Shown here: positions 52,436 to 62,162 of the stretch, in pieces
Layout of the letters: every line of letters starts with the position of its first letter
Position numbering within the stretch: position 1 is the first letter of the stretch
Assembly: GCA_903959355.1 (NCBI GenBank)
Contig: CAJBWJ010000025.1
Span: 1-62,864, forward strand
Origin: an uncultured bacterium
GTDB lineage: Bacteria > Patescibacteriota > Microgenomatia > UBA1400 > PJMF01
Direction: 5' to 3'
DNA: 62,864 bases
Position numbers and translations under genes: made by a program
Notes under the pieces: model-generated
The model's input: the letters and a program-made list of their open reading frames with translations, nothing else
The model's database searches: none
What the model was told of the DNA's origin: nothing

Positions 52436-54778
52436 CTAGAGAAGTCTTGCTCTTTGGTTGATTTCTACCTCAACCAATTCTTTATCCTTACCATATTTCA
52501 AACGCGAAAGCTGTCTAACCATCTCAGCCAGCTTTGGATTCATACGAGCTGCTTGTGCTTTAATATCCTTATATAGAGACATACTAAAGGCTGGCACTGG
52601 CTCATTATCGACAATCGTCTTGATATAAGCATGATATTTCTCGACATTGGCCAGATCATTTTCATTAAATGTAGGAGCAAATTCATGCTGTAAGAAATTA
52701 GCATCAGTGACACCGACACGGAAAGAGACCATCGTTCCAACGTTACCAAAAACAGCGTTTTTGATTTCTTCATCAATCTGACCAATAAACTGATTGGCCA
52801 CAATTAGATTTAGACGATATTTACGAGCTTCTGACAAAATAGCCGCAAAATCCTCTGTGGCAAAGTTCTGAAACTCATCAACATAGAGGAAAAAGTCTGG
52901 GCGCTCTTCCATTGGTACATTTTGACGACTCATAGCTGCAGCCAAAATCTTTGGCACCAAAATCAAGCCGAGAAATTTAGCATCTTCTTCACCTAAAATA
53001 CCTTTGGATAAATTACAAAGGACGATTTTCTTTTCATCCATGGCCTTGCGGAAATCAAAAGAACTATAAGGCTGACCAATAATATTACGCATGGTCTTAT
53101 TGGTAACGAATTTACCAAATTTAGAAACGATATAGTCCATCACTTCAGATTTATGAAAATCACTGGTATTAGCGATCTGGTCAGTCCAGTAGCGTTTAAC
53201 CATGCCATCTTTAACAAGTGGTAAATATTCTTCGACAAATTTAGCATCAGTCAAAATACGCACCATCTCGATAAAAGTACTACCAGGCTTACACATAATA
53301 GTTAACATGGCATTACGAATAGCATGTTCAAAACGAGGACCAACGATACCAGTATGGTGAGGATCATAGAGCTTATACATTAAACCAATGATGGAACTTG
53401 CCACAAAATGCATTTGTTCTTCAGTTTCTGCCTCCATGATATTAAGACCCATTGGGCGCTGAATATCTGAAGGATTGAAGTAAATAACATCTTCAGCACG
53501 CTCTGGCGGCATTAATTGCAAAACATCATCCACTAAGTCTCCATGTGGATCAATAACACAAACACCATGACCAGCTTCAACATCTTGCAAGATCATATCT
53601 TTGAGAAACTCTGACTTACCAGTACCAGTTTTTCCAATAATATAAGTGTGACGGCGGCGATCATTGAGACTGGCGTAAATATCTCTTTCCTGACCACGAT
53701 AAACAGATTTACCAAGAAACAAACCTGAAGTAGGAATTTTGTTTGGTGCAGGGGCATTTTTAGCAGTAAGAACTCGAATATGATGAGTTTCTACTGTTTT
53801 ATTTGGGAAATGCATGATGGTAGCTAATTCTTCAGTATTGAGAATCATTGTGTTTGTGCCAAAAAGCGGCATGTAACGATAAATGAAATCAATCATGAAA
53901 AAGTGCTTAAAAAACAAAAAGGTTGGTTTCTTAAAGCTATTATAAGTAGAAGTAAATTGTGAAAAAGCACCAATAATATTGTTAAGATGAGATTGAGCTG
54001 TCACTGCATTTTGAGCGGAAACAACCACTCTAATCGAAGCTTTAAAACCAGGCTTACCAACCTTATTATTGATTGCTTCAACTTCCTTTGGATCGTGTGA
54101 ATAATTGGCTTTATCAGGATCAGATTCTCTCTTTTTTTCTTTTTGATTGTGCTTCTGTCCTTGATTTTGCCAACGTTTTCCCTCTGGGCGCAGTAAAATT
54201 TGCAAAGTTGCTCCTTCACCATCGCCCATCTTGGACATACCAGAAGTAATTAGTGAAAGACCATCAGTTGGTAAATCTTTATAAGTTTTGATTGGATAAA
54301 AGTTGGCTCTATCAAATTTAATTGGAGAAAAAGCCACTCTTCCTTTTTCATTAAAAATATTAACCTCATCCATTTCAGAAATCGATGCTGATGGATAAGC
54401 ACCATTAATTTGTTTTTCGACGAGATCGCGAATATCTTTATGACAGGTCACATAGAAAGCAATGTCTTCCTTCATACCAACAATTTCAAAACCAACCACA
54501 TCTTCTGGCTTAAGAAAAGAAAAGAAGCCGTCTTTTTTGAGTGAATAAAGTCCAGCAAACATTTGTTCAGCTGCATCAATCTTTATTTCATTGCTTTTTG
54601 GAAGTTTGACTAGAAGAGTAACAAAATTAAGAACATAAGATTCTCGACGATGATTCTTAACGAGAGAAGCAATAAGATAGACCAACAAGACTAAAAATAC
54701 CAATAAACAAATCATTAAAAAAGCAGAAACAAAAAAGCCATTCAATTGAGCTAGTAAATTTTGACTTTGATTATTCAT
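52436..54778 (-). CDS. VirD4/TraD/HerA-like coupling ATPase with N-terminal TM
   Basis: HTYIIGKTGTGKS, IDPHGDL, LYVDEFQ, SEARKYRL, ANQF, FGNVGT. Confidence 0.88.
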   Translation of the reverse strand: MNNQSQNLLAQLNGFFVSAFLMICLLVFLVLLVYLIASLVKNHRRESYVLNFVTLLVKLPKSNEIKIDAAEQMFAGLYSLKKDGFFSFLKPEDVVGFEIVGMKEDIAFYVTCHKDIRDLVEKQINGAYPSASISEMDEVNIFNEKGRVAFSPIKFDRANFYPIKTYKDLPTDGLSLITSGMSKMGDGEGATLQILLRPEGKRWQNQGQKHNQKEKKRESDPDKANYSHDPKEVEAINNKVGKPGFKASIRVVVSAQNAVTAQSHLNNIIGAFSQFTSTYNSFKKPTFLFFKHFFMIDFIYRYMPLFGTNTMILNTEELATIMHFPNKTVETHHIRVLTAKNAPAPNKIPTSGLFLGKSVYRGQERDIYASLNDRRRHTYIIGKTGTGKSEFLKDMILQDVEAGHGVCVIDPHGDLVDDVLQLMPPERAEDVIYFNPSDIQRPMGLNIMEAETEEQMHFVASSIIGLMYKLYDPHHTGIVGPRFEHAIRNAMLTIMCKPGSTFIEMVRILTDAKFVEEYLPLVKDGMVKRYWTDQIANTSDFHKSEVMDYIVSKFGKFVTNKTMRNIIGQPYSSFDFRKAMDEKKIVLCNLSKGILGEEDAKFLGLILVPKILAAAMSRQNVPMEERPDFFLYVDEFQNFATEDFAAILSEARKYRLNLIVANQFIGQIDEEIKNAVFGNVGTMVSFRVGVTDANFLQHEFAPTFNENDLANVEKYHAYIKTIVDNEPVPAFSMSLYKDIKAQAARMNPKLAEMVRQLSRLKYGKDKELVEVEINQRARLL

Positions 54779-54787
54779 AAAAAGCTC

Positions 54788-55468
54788 TTATTGAGCATCT
54801 TCAGATACTTCTTCCTTATATACAACAGCACCGGAAAACATTTTAGCGACTTTTTCACACCACTCAAGTAACCATTTTACACTGTACTTGGTACTTTTAA
54901 ATTTTGCCTCTTCTTTACTTTTTACAGTAATTGGCAGAACTACTACTGGCTTATCAGAAATTGCCACTGGAGAAGTGACGGTAGCAGCTAAATTATTTAT
55001 TTCTTTCTGTTTCTCGGCAATCATGGCTTGCTCGCGCTGCTCTTTGGTTTCTTTGGAAACTTCTTGCAATTCTTTTGATAATTCAGCCATTTCTGGATTT
55101 GGAGCTGACTCGACAGGCGAAATACTTTCAATTTGTTTAGAAACTTCCTCTGTAGCAGCATTTTCTGCACTTGCCTGCGCTTGATTAGGCAAAACTTCTT
55201 TTGCACGACTAGAGACTTGAGGAGAATCTTGTCCTGTTTGAACAGAATCATTTCTACTAATAAGAGTTTGCGTAATTAACTGATCAAGTGTGTCCAAGTT
55301 TTCATCTGCATTTTTTTCTTGTGGACCAGGAAAAACTACCTGCGTATTTGAGGTTTGAGGTAAAAATTTACCAATGGTCGGATATTTACTGGCATTAGAA
55401 CCAGAAAACATTCTTCGAAAAGATTGATCATTTGTCACGCATTTATCATAGCGTTTTTTTGTCACCAC
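54788..55468 (-). CDS. Hypothetical protein (start may be ATG 55411)
   Basis: Low-complexity acidic middle; C-terminal LPIT...SVKWLLEWC. Confidence 0.65.
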   Translation of the reverse strand: MVTKKRYDKCVTNDQSFRRMFSGSNASKYPTIGKFLPQTSNTQVVFPGPQEKNADENLDTLDQLITQTLISRNDSVQTGQDSPQVSSRAKEVLPNQAQASAENAATEEVSKQIESISPVESAPNPEMAELSKELQEVSKETKEQREQAMIAEKQKEINNLAATVTSPVAISDKPVVVLPITVKSKEEAKFKSTKYSVKWLLEWCEKVAKMFSGAVVYKEEVSEDAQ

Positions 55469-55959
55469 TTAAAGAAGAGTTTTAACTTGAGTTCTTCGTT
55501 GCTAAAATAATCTGGAGCTGTTTCTAGAACCAAGTCAGATATTATTGGCGAACGATAAATTTTCAATTCTTTTCCAAAATCTGGTTTTTGAATCTGTCTT
55601 TCACAAGAAAAAAAAGCTAGATCATCCAACCAACAAATATCAATGTTAAAAAGCATATCTTTCATCCAAAATTGGCGAATTTCTTTCATTGGAAAAATGA
55701 ATAATAAACCATTAATTTTTTGACCAGATTCACTGACAAGATCTTTGCGCAAAGACAAGCCCTTGGCAATACTATCTTGTGTATTAACCACTTCCACTAA
55801 TAATTCTTTTTGCGCCTGATCAAAAAAACTTTTTTTCAACGTTAATTTAATTAATTGCTGATCCTTAACAAAAAAAATAAAACCATAACTACTATAAAAA
55901 ACATAAGCTATAAAAATAAAAACGCAAAAAAACGAAACAAAAAACAAATGACTTTTCAT
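55462..55959 (-). CDS. DUF192 family protein
   Basis: VEVV, KGLS.R, GLLFIF, FWMKDMLFNIDICW, VLE. Confidence 0.88.
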   Translation of the reverse strand: MKSHLFFVSFFCVFIFIAYVFYSSYGFIFFVKDQQLIKLTLKKSFFDQAQKELLVEVVNTQDSIAKGLSLRKDLVSESGQKINGLLFIFPMKEIRQFWMKDMLFNIDICWLDDLAFFSCERQIQKPDFGKELKIYRSPIISDLVLETAPDYFSNEELKLKLFFKW

Positions 55960-55960
55960 A

Positions 55961-56467
55961 TTAAAAAAGCAAAATAATTATCAGAAAAGCAAAATAAGCC
56001 AATGCAAACCAACAAATTTTATGCACTAATTTGCGGCTTGTTTGAATTTTGGACATTGCCAAAAAACGATCTGCAAACAATAAAAACTCATCGCGCAATT
56101 GCCACATTTCAATTAATAAATAAAAATTAATTGACATGATTAAAGCTATGCCAAAAATACTCCCTGAAGAAGTTAAAACAAAAATACTTAAAAAAGGTAA
56201 AGCTAAAAGAAAAAGAAAATTTCTGCTGGCAAGCATTAAAAGATGCAAATCATTATTTACTTCTGAACCAATCTTTTCTTGATAAAACTTATACAAAAAT
56301 TGTTCATCTAAAAACAAGAAAATCACGCCGAAAAAATAAGATAAAACAAAATAAGTTAGGCTAAGCCAATTCTCCCAAGCTTTGAAAAAAGTAATTAAAA
56401 AAGCAAGCAATAAAAAGGAAAAAACTAATTTAAAAATCAATTGCTTTTTGGAAAAAATATTTTTCAT
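55961..56467 (-). CDS. Hypothetical membrane protein
   Basis: Several TM segments; operonic overlaps. Confidence 0.7.
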   Translation of the reverse strand: MKNIFSKKQLIFKLVFSFLLLAFLITFFKAWENWLSLTYFVLSYFFGVIFLFLDEQFLYKFYQEKIGSEVNNDLHLLMLASRNFLFLLALPFLSIFVLTSSGSIFGIALIMSINFYLLIEMWQLRDEFLLFADRFLAMSKIQTSRKLVHKICWFALAYFAFLIIILLF

Positions 56468-57630
56468 TTCTTTAAACTTAAAATTTTTTGTAAAGAGTCA
56501 TCTACTTTTTTTCTAAAACTTTCTGAATCCTTATATTCTCTCTCTAAAGCATAAATTGTTTTTTCTAAAGTTTGAGAATCAACTCCAGGACCAAAGACCA
56601 AAACATTATTTCCAGCCTCAATTGCTTCAACAGCAATAACAGAAATATCTTTTTCTTCTGTGGTGCCTACTTGAGCTCTAGCTGACTTCATCATGAGATC
56701 ATCAGTAAAAAGCAAAACTTTTGGATAAGACTTGGCAAATTGGCTCAAACATTCTTCACTTAAACTACAGACTTTGCCGGCTAGTTTATTTTCTAATTTA
56801 ACATGAGTAGTCATGACACCGATGTTAGTGAATTTATCTAAAACTTTGCTAAAAATCTGAGTGTCATCTGTACTTAGGCTAATCGTAGAAACCTCATTAT
56901 GTAGATCTTTATCAATCGAACCTATACCTGGGAAATGTTTCAAAACTGCCATTACAGCATTTTGAGAAAAAGCATAAATAAAATTATTAGTAGCAGCAAA
57001 TGTTTTTTCTGGATCAGCAGCCACTCTAGTCTTTAAAACAGCACTGTTCGAAGCCAAATCAACCACTGGAGCAAAAACGATATTCACACCGACAGCTTTC
57101 AATTCTCTGGCTGATTGATTAAAAACAGCCTTTTGTTGAGCACTTGAGTAGGTATTGACGATCTTCTGCCAAGAATCTAGTTTTGTAAAACCCTCTCCAC
57201 TCAAACGCTGAACCAAACCTCCTTCATGATCAACAGCAATTAGAGGCAAATAGCTATTTTCATCTTTTAAGTAACTAAAAATTGTCTTAGTGGCAAGAAT
57301 AGCTGAGGTGGTAGAAACTTTTTCACCAAAATATAAAACAAAACCAGGATTGCTATCCTCTATAAAACGAAGAGCTCTAGCACTTTCGGTACTATTCTTT
57401 TCCATTTCGTTTAGATCGAGTGACACAGCCAGAAGTTGAGTAATTTTTTCTTTCGTATTTAATTCTTTCTTCGGAGTTTGACTAGGAGTGGGAGTAGCAA
57501 CTAATCCGGTACTTTCTCCAGAGTTTTGACTGAATTTCTTGAGAAAAGGTTTTTTAAAATAGTTGTAGGCAGAAATAATAAGCAAGATAAAAAGAACAAG
57601 AATTAAAAGTTTGGTAGTCCAATTTTTCAT
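56464..57630 (-). CDS. Glycoside hydrolase family 3 N-terminal (NagZ-like beta-N-acetylhexosaminidase), membrane anchored
   Basis: AVDHEGGLVQRL, FAPVVD, KHFPGIG, DLH, TDDL.M, AG. Confidence 0.9.
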   Translation of the reverse strand: MKNWTTKLLILVLFILLIISAYNYFKKPFLKKFSQNSGESTGLVATPTPSQTPKKELNTKEKITQLLAVSLDLNEMEKNSTESARALRFIEDSNPGFVLYFGEKVSTTSAILATKTIFSYLKDENSYLPLIAVDHEGGLVQRLSGEGFTKLDSWQKIVNTYSSAQQKAVFNQSARELKAVGVNIVFAPVVDLASNSAVLKTRVAADPEKTFAATNNFIYAFSQNAVMAVLKHFPGIGSIDKDLHNEVSTISLSTDDTQIFSKVLDKFTNIGVMTTHVKLENKLAGKVCSLSEECLSQFAKSYPKVLLFTDDLMMKSARAQVGTTEEKDISVIAVEAIEAGNNVLVFGPGVDSQTLEKTIYALEREYKDSESFRKKVDDSLQKILSLKK

Positions 57631-57633
57631 AAT

Positions 57634-58008
57634 TTAAGTTTTGCCACCTTGCTTTAGTTGCTCTAACTTCCACATGAAGAGTTTGGCTTTATTATCTGCA
57701 GTTGAGTCACTTACAAAACTAAGCGCTCGTTCTAAAAGACCACGCGACATTGTTTTGGCTAACTTAATATACAACGATGTGTGACGCTTGTCTGCCAAAA
57801 CATCTGCCAAATGGCAACCAAAGCTCTGAAATTCATGAGAAATATGCTTGTTTTGCTCGGTCATTTGATATTTGCTAAGCAAATCTTTAGTGGAAGCAAA
57901 ATTATCTTTTTGACGATCAATTGTCCTAACCTTAGCGATAGGAGTAGAAATAGGTTTTTCAAATTCACTGAATAAAGAAACAATTTGAGCTTTTTTAGCT
58001 TTAGACAT
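57634..58008 (-). CDS. Hypothetical protein
   Basis: 124-aa ORF overlapping its upstream neighbour. Confidence 0.7.
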   Translation of the reverse strand: MSKAKKAQIVSLFSEFEKPISTPIAKVRTIDRQKDNFASTKDLLSKYQMTEQNKHISHEFQSFGCHLADVLADKRHTSLYIKLAKTMSRGLLERALSFVSDSTADNKAKLFMWKLEQLKQGGKT

Positions 58009-58675
58009 CTAGGAAATTATAACCCAAGCTGAGCAGAATAGCTTTATTTTTTGCTACTACTTCTTCTGGTAAATCTCCCTTGTCTTCAATTACAAATTTT
58101 AGAGGTCTTTTGGCAAGCTTTTCGTAAAATTTTACTTGAGTATCAATAATTGATTTAACTAAATCTAATTTGGCAAAAGACAGCCAGTCAGCTGAAATTA
58201 AATATTGACCAAGATTGTAAGTGGTTTCTCCACCAGCCAAAGTAAAACAAATTTTATTGGCTATGTGAATATTGCGTGGACGAACCATATGACCTTTGAT
58301 GTCATATTTGAGTTCCAAAGGATCAGCAAAAGGTAAAATTCCGGCATAAAGTAAGTTTTCTTTATCTGCCATGACTTGCAAATGCTGTTGCATACTAGCA
58401 TTAGCTTCATCAAAATCATTGAGCTCAAGAATTTCTTTGACGTAAGCATTTTCTTCACTAGCTACCAAACGAAGGTCATGATCTGGAGCTTCTGGATAAA
58501 GTTCAAGCATCTTGCGAAGAGCAATAATAACCTGACTGAAACCTTCTAATTTCAGACCAGCACCCAAAAAAGCCAGACGACGGCCGAGATTGATTTGCAC
58601 GCCTTCATCGCCGCAAGCAATTACGAGTGGTGACTTGACTGGAATAGTGATTTCTTGATTTTTTTTATCTGACAT
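58001..58675 (-). CDS. Hypothetical protein
   Basis: 224-aa ORF in operon. Confidence 0.75.
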   Translation of the reverse strand: MSDKKNQEITIPVKSPLVIACGDEGVQINLGRRLAFLGAGLKLEGFSQVIIALRKMLELYPEAPDHDLRLVASEENAYVKEILELNDFDEANASMQQHLQVMADKENLLYAGILPFADPLELKYDIKGHMVRPRNIHIANKICFTLAGGETTYNLGQYLISADWLSFAKLDLVKSIIDTQVKFYEKLAKRPLKFVIEDKGDLPEEVVAKNKAILLSLGYNFLDV

Positions 58676-58742
58676 CAGACTACCTTCTTATTCAGGGCAG
58701 GAAATAGATCTCTTACAAAATAGCTAAAAAAATAAAGCGGAG

Positions 58743-58907
58743 TTATTCTCCACTAACTTCAGTCATACCTTGGACTGCAGCTAGATATTGCTTCATCTCT
58801 TGTTCAACTTGTTTCCAATCACCTTTAGCTTCGCGGATTGCATTGAACAATAAGTCCATATCAATTAATAATTGGTCATCGGTAACGATCATTCTTTGTT
58901 TTGCCAT
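58743..58907 (-). CDS. Small unannotated ORF (54 aa, MAKQRMIVTDDQLL...TEVSGE), possibly the 5' part of a frameshifted gene ending at 58675
   Basis: ATG 58907 with TGcTACAAT 6 nt upstream; TAA at 58745-58743. Confidence 0.6.
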   Translation of the reverse strand: MAKQRMIVTDDQLLIDMDLLFNAIREAKGDWKQVEQEMKQYLAAVQGMTEVSGE

Positions 58908-58969
58908 GTGCGTATTGTAGCACTTTTCGTCACAAAAAGATAGATTAAGGCCTGGTCTTTTGGGATTTT

Positions 58970-59659
58970 ATGGTTAAAATAGAAACTAAATTTATGCTTA
59001 GTAAAAAAAGAGCTTTTGATCTTTTAAGTTCTATTTCTATATTGGTCTTAATTATTCCATTTGGAATCTTGTCATATCCTTTTTTGATGTTTTTAATTGG
59101 CAAACCAATCATTTTCAAGCAAGAAAGAATTGGAAAAAATGGAAAAAAGTTTAAACTATATAAATTGCGTAGCATGAAGGCAAACGCTCAATCAATTAAA
59201 AATAAATATTTGACAAAAAATGAAGCTCCGCTTCCAATGTTTAAAATGGCCGAAGACCCTCGTTTCATCAAAAAAGAAATTATTTTTTTTGGAATAAAAA
59301 AACCAAAAATCGTGAGGGTTGGAAAATTTTTATCTAGCTCTGGAATTGATGAGATTCCTCAATTTTTGAATATTCTAAAGGGTGAAATGAGTTTAATTGG
59401 ACCGAGACCTTTGCCAGTCGATGAAGCAGAAGCACTCGAGAAAATTGACAAAAATTGGTATAAATGGCGTCATGAAGTTAGACCAGGAATTTTCTCAGTT
59501 TGGGCAGCTGATTCTAAACACAATAAATCTTTAAATTATTGGAAAAAACTAGAAAAAGAAACTCTGAGTTTAAGTTTTGAAAAACAGATTTTGGTTATTT
59601 TTAAAATCATTTTTAAACAAATAAAGAATATCTTTCATATACTAAAAGAGCGCCTTTAA
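58970..59659 (+). CDS. Bacterial sugar transferase (polyprenyl-phosphate phosphoglycosyltransferase)
   Basis: KRAFD, FKQERIGKNGKKF, KLRSM, DPR, DEIPQFLNILKGEMSLIGPRP. Confidence 0.93.
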   Translation: MVKIETKFMLSKKRAFDLLSSISILVLIIPFGILSYPFLMFLIGKPIIFKQERIGKNGKKFKLYKLRSMKANAQSIKNKYLTKNEAPLPMFKMAEDPRFIKKEIIFFGIKKPKIVRVGKFLSSSGIDEIPQFLNILKGEMSLIGPRPLPVDEAEALEKIDKNWYKWRHEVRPGIFSVWAADSKHNKSLNYWKKLEKETLSLSFEKQILVIFKIIFKQIKNIFHILKERL

Positions 59660-59670
59660 AGGCGCTCTTT
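59645..59670. terminator. Bidirectional terminator (perfect 26-bp palindrome)
   Basis: aaagagcgcctttaaaggcgctcttt between convergent genes. Confidence 0.75.
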
Positions 59671-59691
59671 CATTAAGTTCTTATTAAGAAT

Positions 59692-60804
59692 TTATTTGTA
59701 AGCGATTGGTGTAGAAGTATCCACAATGGATAAACTCATACGACGCTGTTCTGGAACAACGTTTTCAACGTTTACAGTAACTTTCTCACCAACTTTTAGA
59801 TCGTAACCCTCAAGTTTAGAAGCGTGGATGAGAGCATCGACACCCTTCTCAACATTGATGAAAGCACCGAAAGCTTCAATACGAGTCACTTCACCGGTAA
59901 AGGTGGTGCCTGCACTGTAACGTTCTTCAATACTTTCCCATGGATCAGCATCTAATTGCTTGATAGAAAGATTAAGTTTATTGGTTTTCTCATCGATACC
60001 AAGGACTTTAACTTTGATACGATCACCAATTTTGTGGTAATCCTTTGGATGATTAACTTTTTCCCAAGAAATTTCAGAAATGTGAATTAAACCTTCAACA
60101 TAACCGATACTATCTTTGGAATCAGAATCTTTGACTGGCACTTCAACAGTGACAAACAAACCAAAGTGCATAACACCAGAAACGACGCCATCGTAAATTT
60201 TGCCTTCTTCGACACTAGCAATAGCTAAGTCTTTTTGGGCTAATTCTTTGGCTTCACTGACGTGACGCTCTGAGAAAATCAAACGATTTTTCTCGCGATC
60301 AACTTCAATGGCTTTAACTGGGAAAGCAACACCTTTGAGGTTTTGGATTTTACCCATGTATTTACGACTAAATTGACTAGATGGAACAAAAGCGCGAACG
60401 CCATTGACCAAAACAATTAAGCCACCACGGTTCATTTCGACACCTTTAGCCTCAAGTTCTTGATCTTTTTCCATGGCCTCTTCGAAATATTCCCATTTGG
60501 CATCTGAAGCAGCGCCTTTGAGAGATAGAACGACTTGACCCTTATCATTATCAGTAGAAACGACGATAGCTTTGACAGCATCGCCTTCATTGAGTTCTTT
60601 GACGAAATCAACAGCAAATTCGAATTCTTTTTCGGAAACAATTCCTTCAGTCTTAGAGCCCAAATCAATAATGAGACTCTTTTTATTCTTTTCAACGATC
60701 ACACCTGAAACGGTGTCACCTTTTTTTGGGATCACTAGCTTACCTGCGTTAGCAGTTAAGAGTTCCTCCATAGTTTGTAATTTCTTGACCGGTTTATCAG
60801 TCAT
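59692..60804 (-). CDS. rpsA: 30S ribosomal protein S1 (four S1 domains)
   Basis: NRGGL, AFVPSSQ, FGLFV, GLIHISEISW, LSIKQL..DPW, FGAFI. Confidence 0.92.
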   Translation of the reverse strand: MTDKPVKKLQTMEELLTANAGKLVIPKKGDTVSGVIVEKNKKSLIIDLGSKTEGIVSEKEFEFAVDFVKELNEGDAVKAIVVSTDNDKGQVVLSLKGAASDAKWEYFEEAMEKDQELEAKGVEMNRGGLIVLVNGVRAFVPSSQFSRKYMGKIQNLKGVAFPVKAIEVDREKNRLIFSERHVSEAKELAQKDLAIASVEEGKIYDGVVSGVMHFGLFVTVEVPVKDSDSKDSIGYVEGLIHISEISWEKVNHPKDYHKIGDRIKVKVLGIDEKTNKLNLSIKQLDADPWESIEERYSAGTTFTGEVTRIEAFGAFINVEKGVDALIHASKLEGYDLKVGEKVTVNVENVVPEQRRMSLSIVDTSTPIAYK

Positions 60805-60854
60805 ATCAAAAATATTTCCTTTCTTTTTGGATTGCGAGATTGTATCATGATGAT

Positions 60855-62153
60855 ATGTTAATTCACACCCCCAAGGTCTTGGATGTTCAAGATAAAAAAG
60901 TAATCGTTAGAGTGGACTTTAATGTTCCACTAAAAAAAAGAATTAATGCCGCCGGCATTACTAAATTTTCAGTAGCAGATGATCAACGTATTCGTAGTGC
61001 TCTGGAGACTATTCTCTTCTTAAAGGAACATGGCGCTAAAATTATTTTAATGTCACATTTGGGACGTCCAGATGGCAAAATTGTTCCTGAATTTAGTCTG
61101 GAACCAATTGCTTTTTATCTTAGACAAAATATGGGACTTAGTGTGGAATTTGCCAATAATTGTATAGGCGAAGAAGTTACTACTAAAGCTAGTGCACTGC
61201 AAAAAGGTGAAATTTTACTTCTCGAAAACTTGCGTTATCACAGTGAAGAAGAAAACAATGACCATGATTTTGCCAAAGAAATCATCAAAGATACTGGAGC
61301 TGAGGTTTATATAAACGAAGCTTTCTCCGCTTCTCACCGCGCTCATGCTTCTATCGTCGGTCTCAATAAATTAATTCCAAGTTTTGCAGGTTTTGATTTG
61401 GCAGCAGAAATTAAAATTCTTAGTAAAATTCTCGAAAAAGCTCATCGCCCTTTTGTGGTGGTACTTGGCGGTGCCAAAATCGATGACAAAGTTTCAGCTG
61501 TCAAAAATCTTTCTAAATTAGCTGATTTGGTTCTAGTTGGTGGCGGTATTGCCAATGCTTTTTTAAAGGCTAGTGGCATTGAAGTTCATAAATCTTTTAT
61601 GGGTAAAAACGCAGAAACCAACGTAGCAATTGCTAAAGAAATTCTTGACGCTCATCAAACTGAACGAACCATGATTGATATAGAACAAGCTGGCAAAGGT
61701 TTGCCACTGCCAAAAGTAGTTGTGCCTATTGATGTGCTTGCTGCCAAGAATCAAGATGTAAAAAATGAAAAAGAAGTCATTCACTTGGAATTACTCAAAA
61801 ATGTCAAAGATAGCGATGAAGATCTAGATTTGCAATATTTAGACATCGGTAAAGAAACGATAGCTTTATACAAATATTTATTATCTAAAGCCAAAACTAT
61901 TTTCTTTAATGGCCCAATGGGTGTTTTTGAAAACCCACTTTTTGCCAAAGGCAGTCGTGACCTCGCTAAAAACATTGCTAACAATACCACCGACTTCGGA
62001 GCAACCACAGTTTGCGGTGGTGGTGAGACAAACGCAGTAATTAATGCCTGTGGCCTTCGAGACCGTTTTACCCACGTCTCAACTGCTGGAGGTGCGGCTT
62101 TAGAATTCCTCGGTGGAGAAAAGCTACCAGGAATTGAAGCGCTTAAAAAGTGA
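60855..62153 (+). CDS. pgk: Phosphoglycerate kinase; start placed at ATG 60855
   Basis: VRVDFNVP, SHLGRP, LLENLRY, HRAHAS, GGAK, NGPMGVFE, HVSTAGGA. Confidence 0.97.
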   Translation: MLIHTPKVLDVQDKKVIVRVDFNVPLKKRINAAGITKFSVADDQRIRSALETILFLKEHGAKIILMSHLGRPDGKIVPEFSLEPIAFYLRQNMGLSVEFANNCIGEEVTTKASALQKGEILLLENLRYHSEEENNDHDFAKEIIKDTGAEVYINEAFSASHRAHASIVGLNKLIPSFAGFDLAAEIKILSKILEKAHRPFVVVLGGAKIDDKVSAVKNLSKLADLVLVGGGIANAFLKASGIEVHKSFMGKNAETNVAIAKEILDAHQTERTMIDIEQAGKGLPLPKVVVPIDVLAAKNQDVKNEKEVIHLELLKNVKDSDEDLDLQYLDIGKETIALYKYLLSKAKTIFFNGPMGVFENPLFAKGSRDLAKNIANNTTDFGATTVCGGGETNAVINACGLRDRFTHVSTAGGAALEFLGGEKLPGIEALKK

Positions 62154-62162
62154 AGCTCTAAG

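Noticed and set aside
52436..54778. Integrative conjugative element at tRNA-Ala
   Set aside because: No integrase, relaxase or att duplication seen; the tRNA belongs to the rRNA unit
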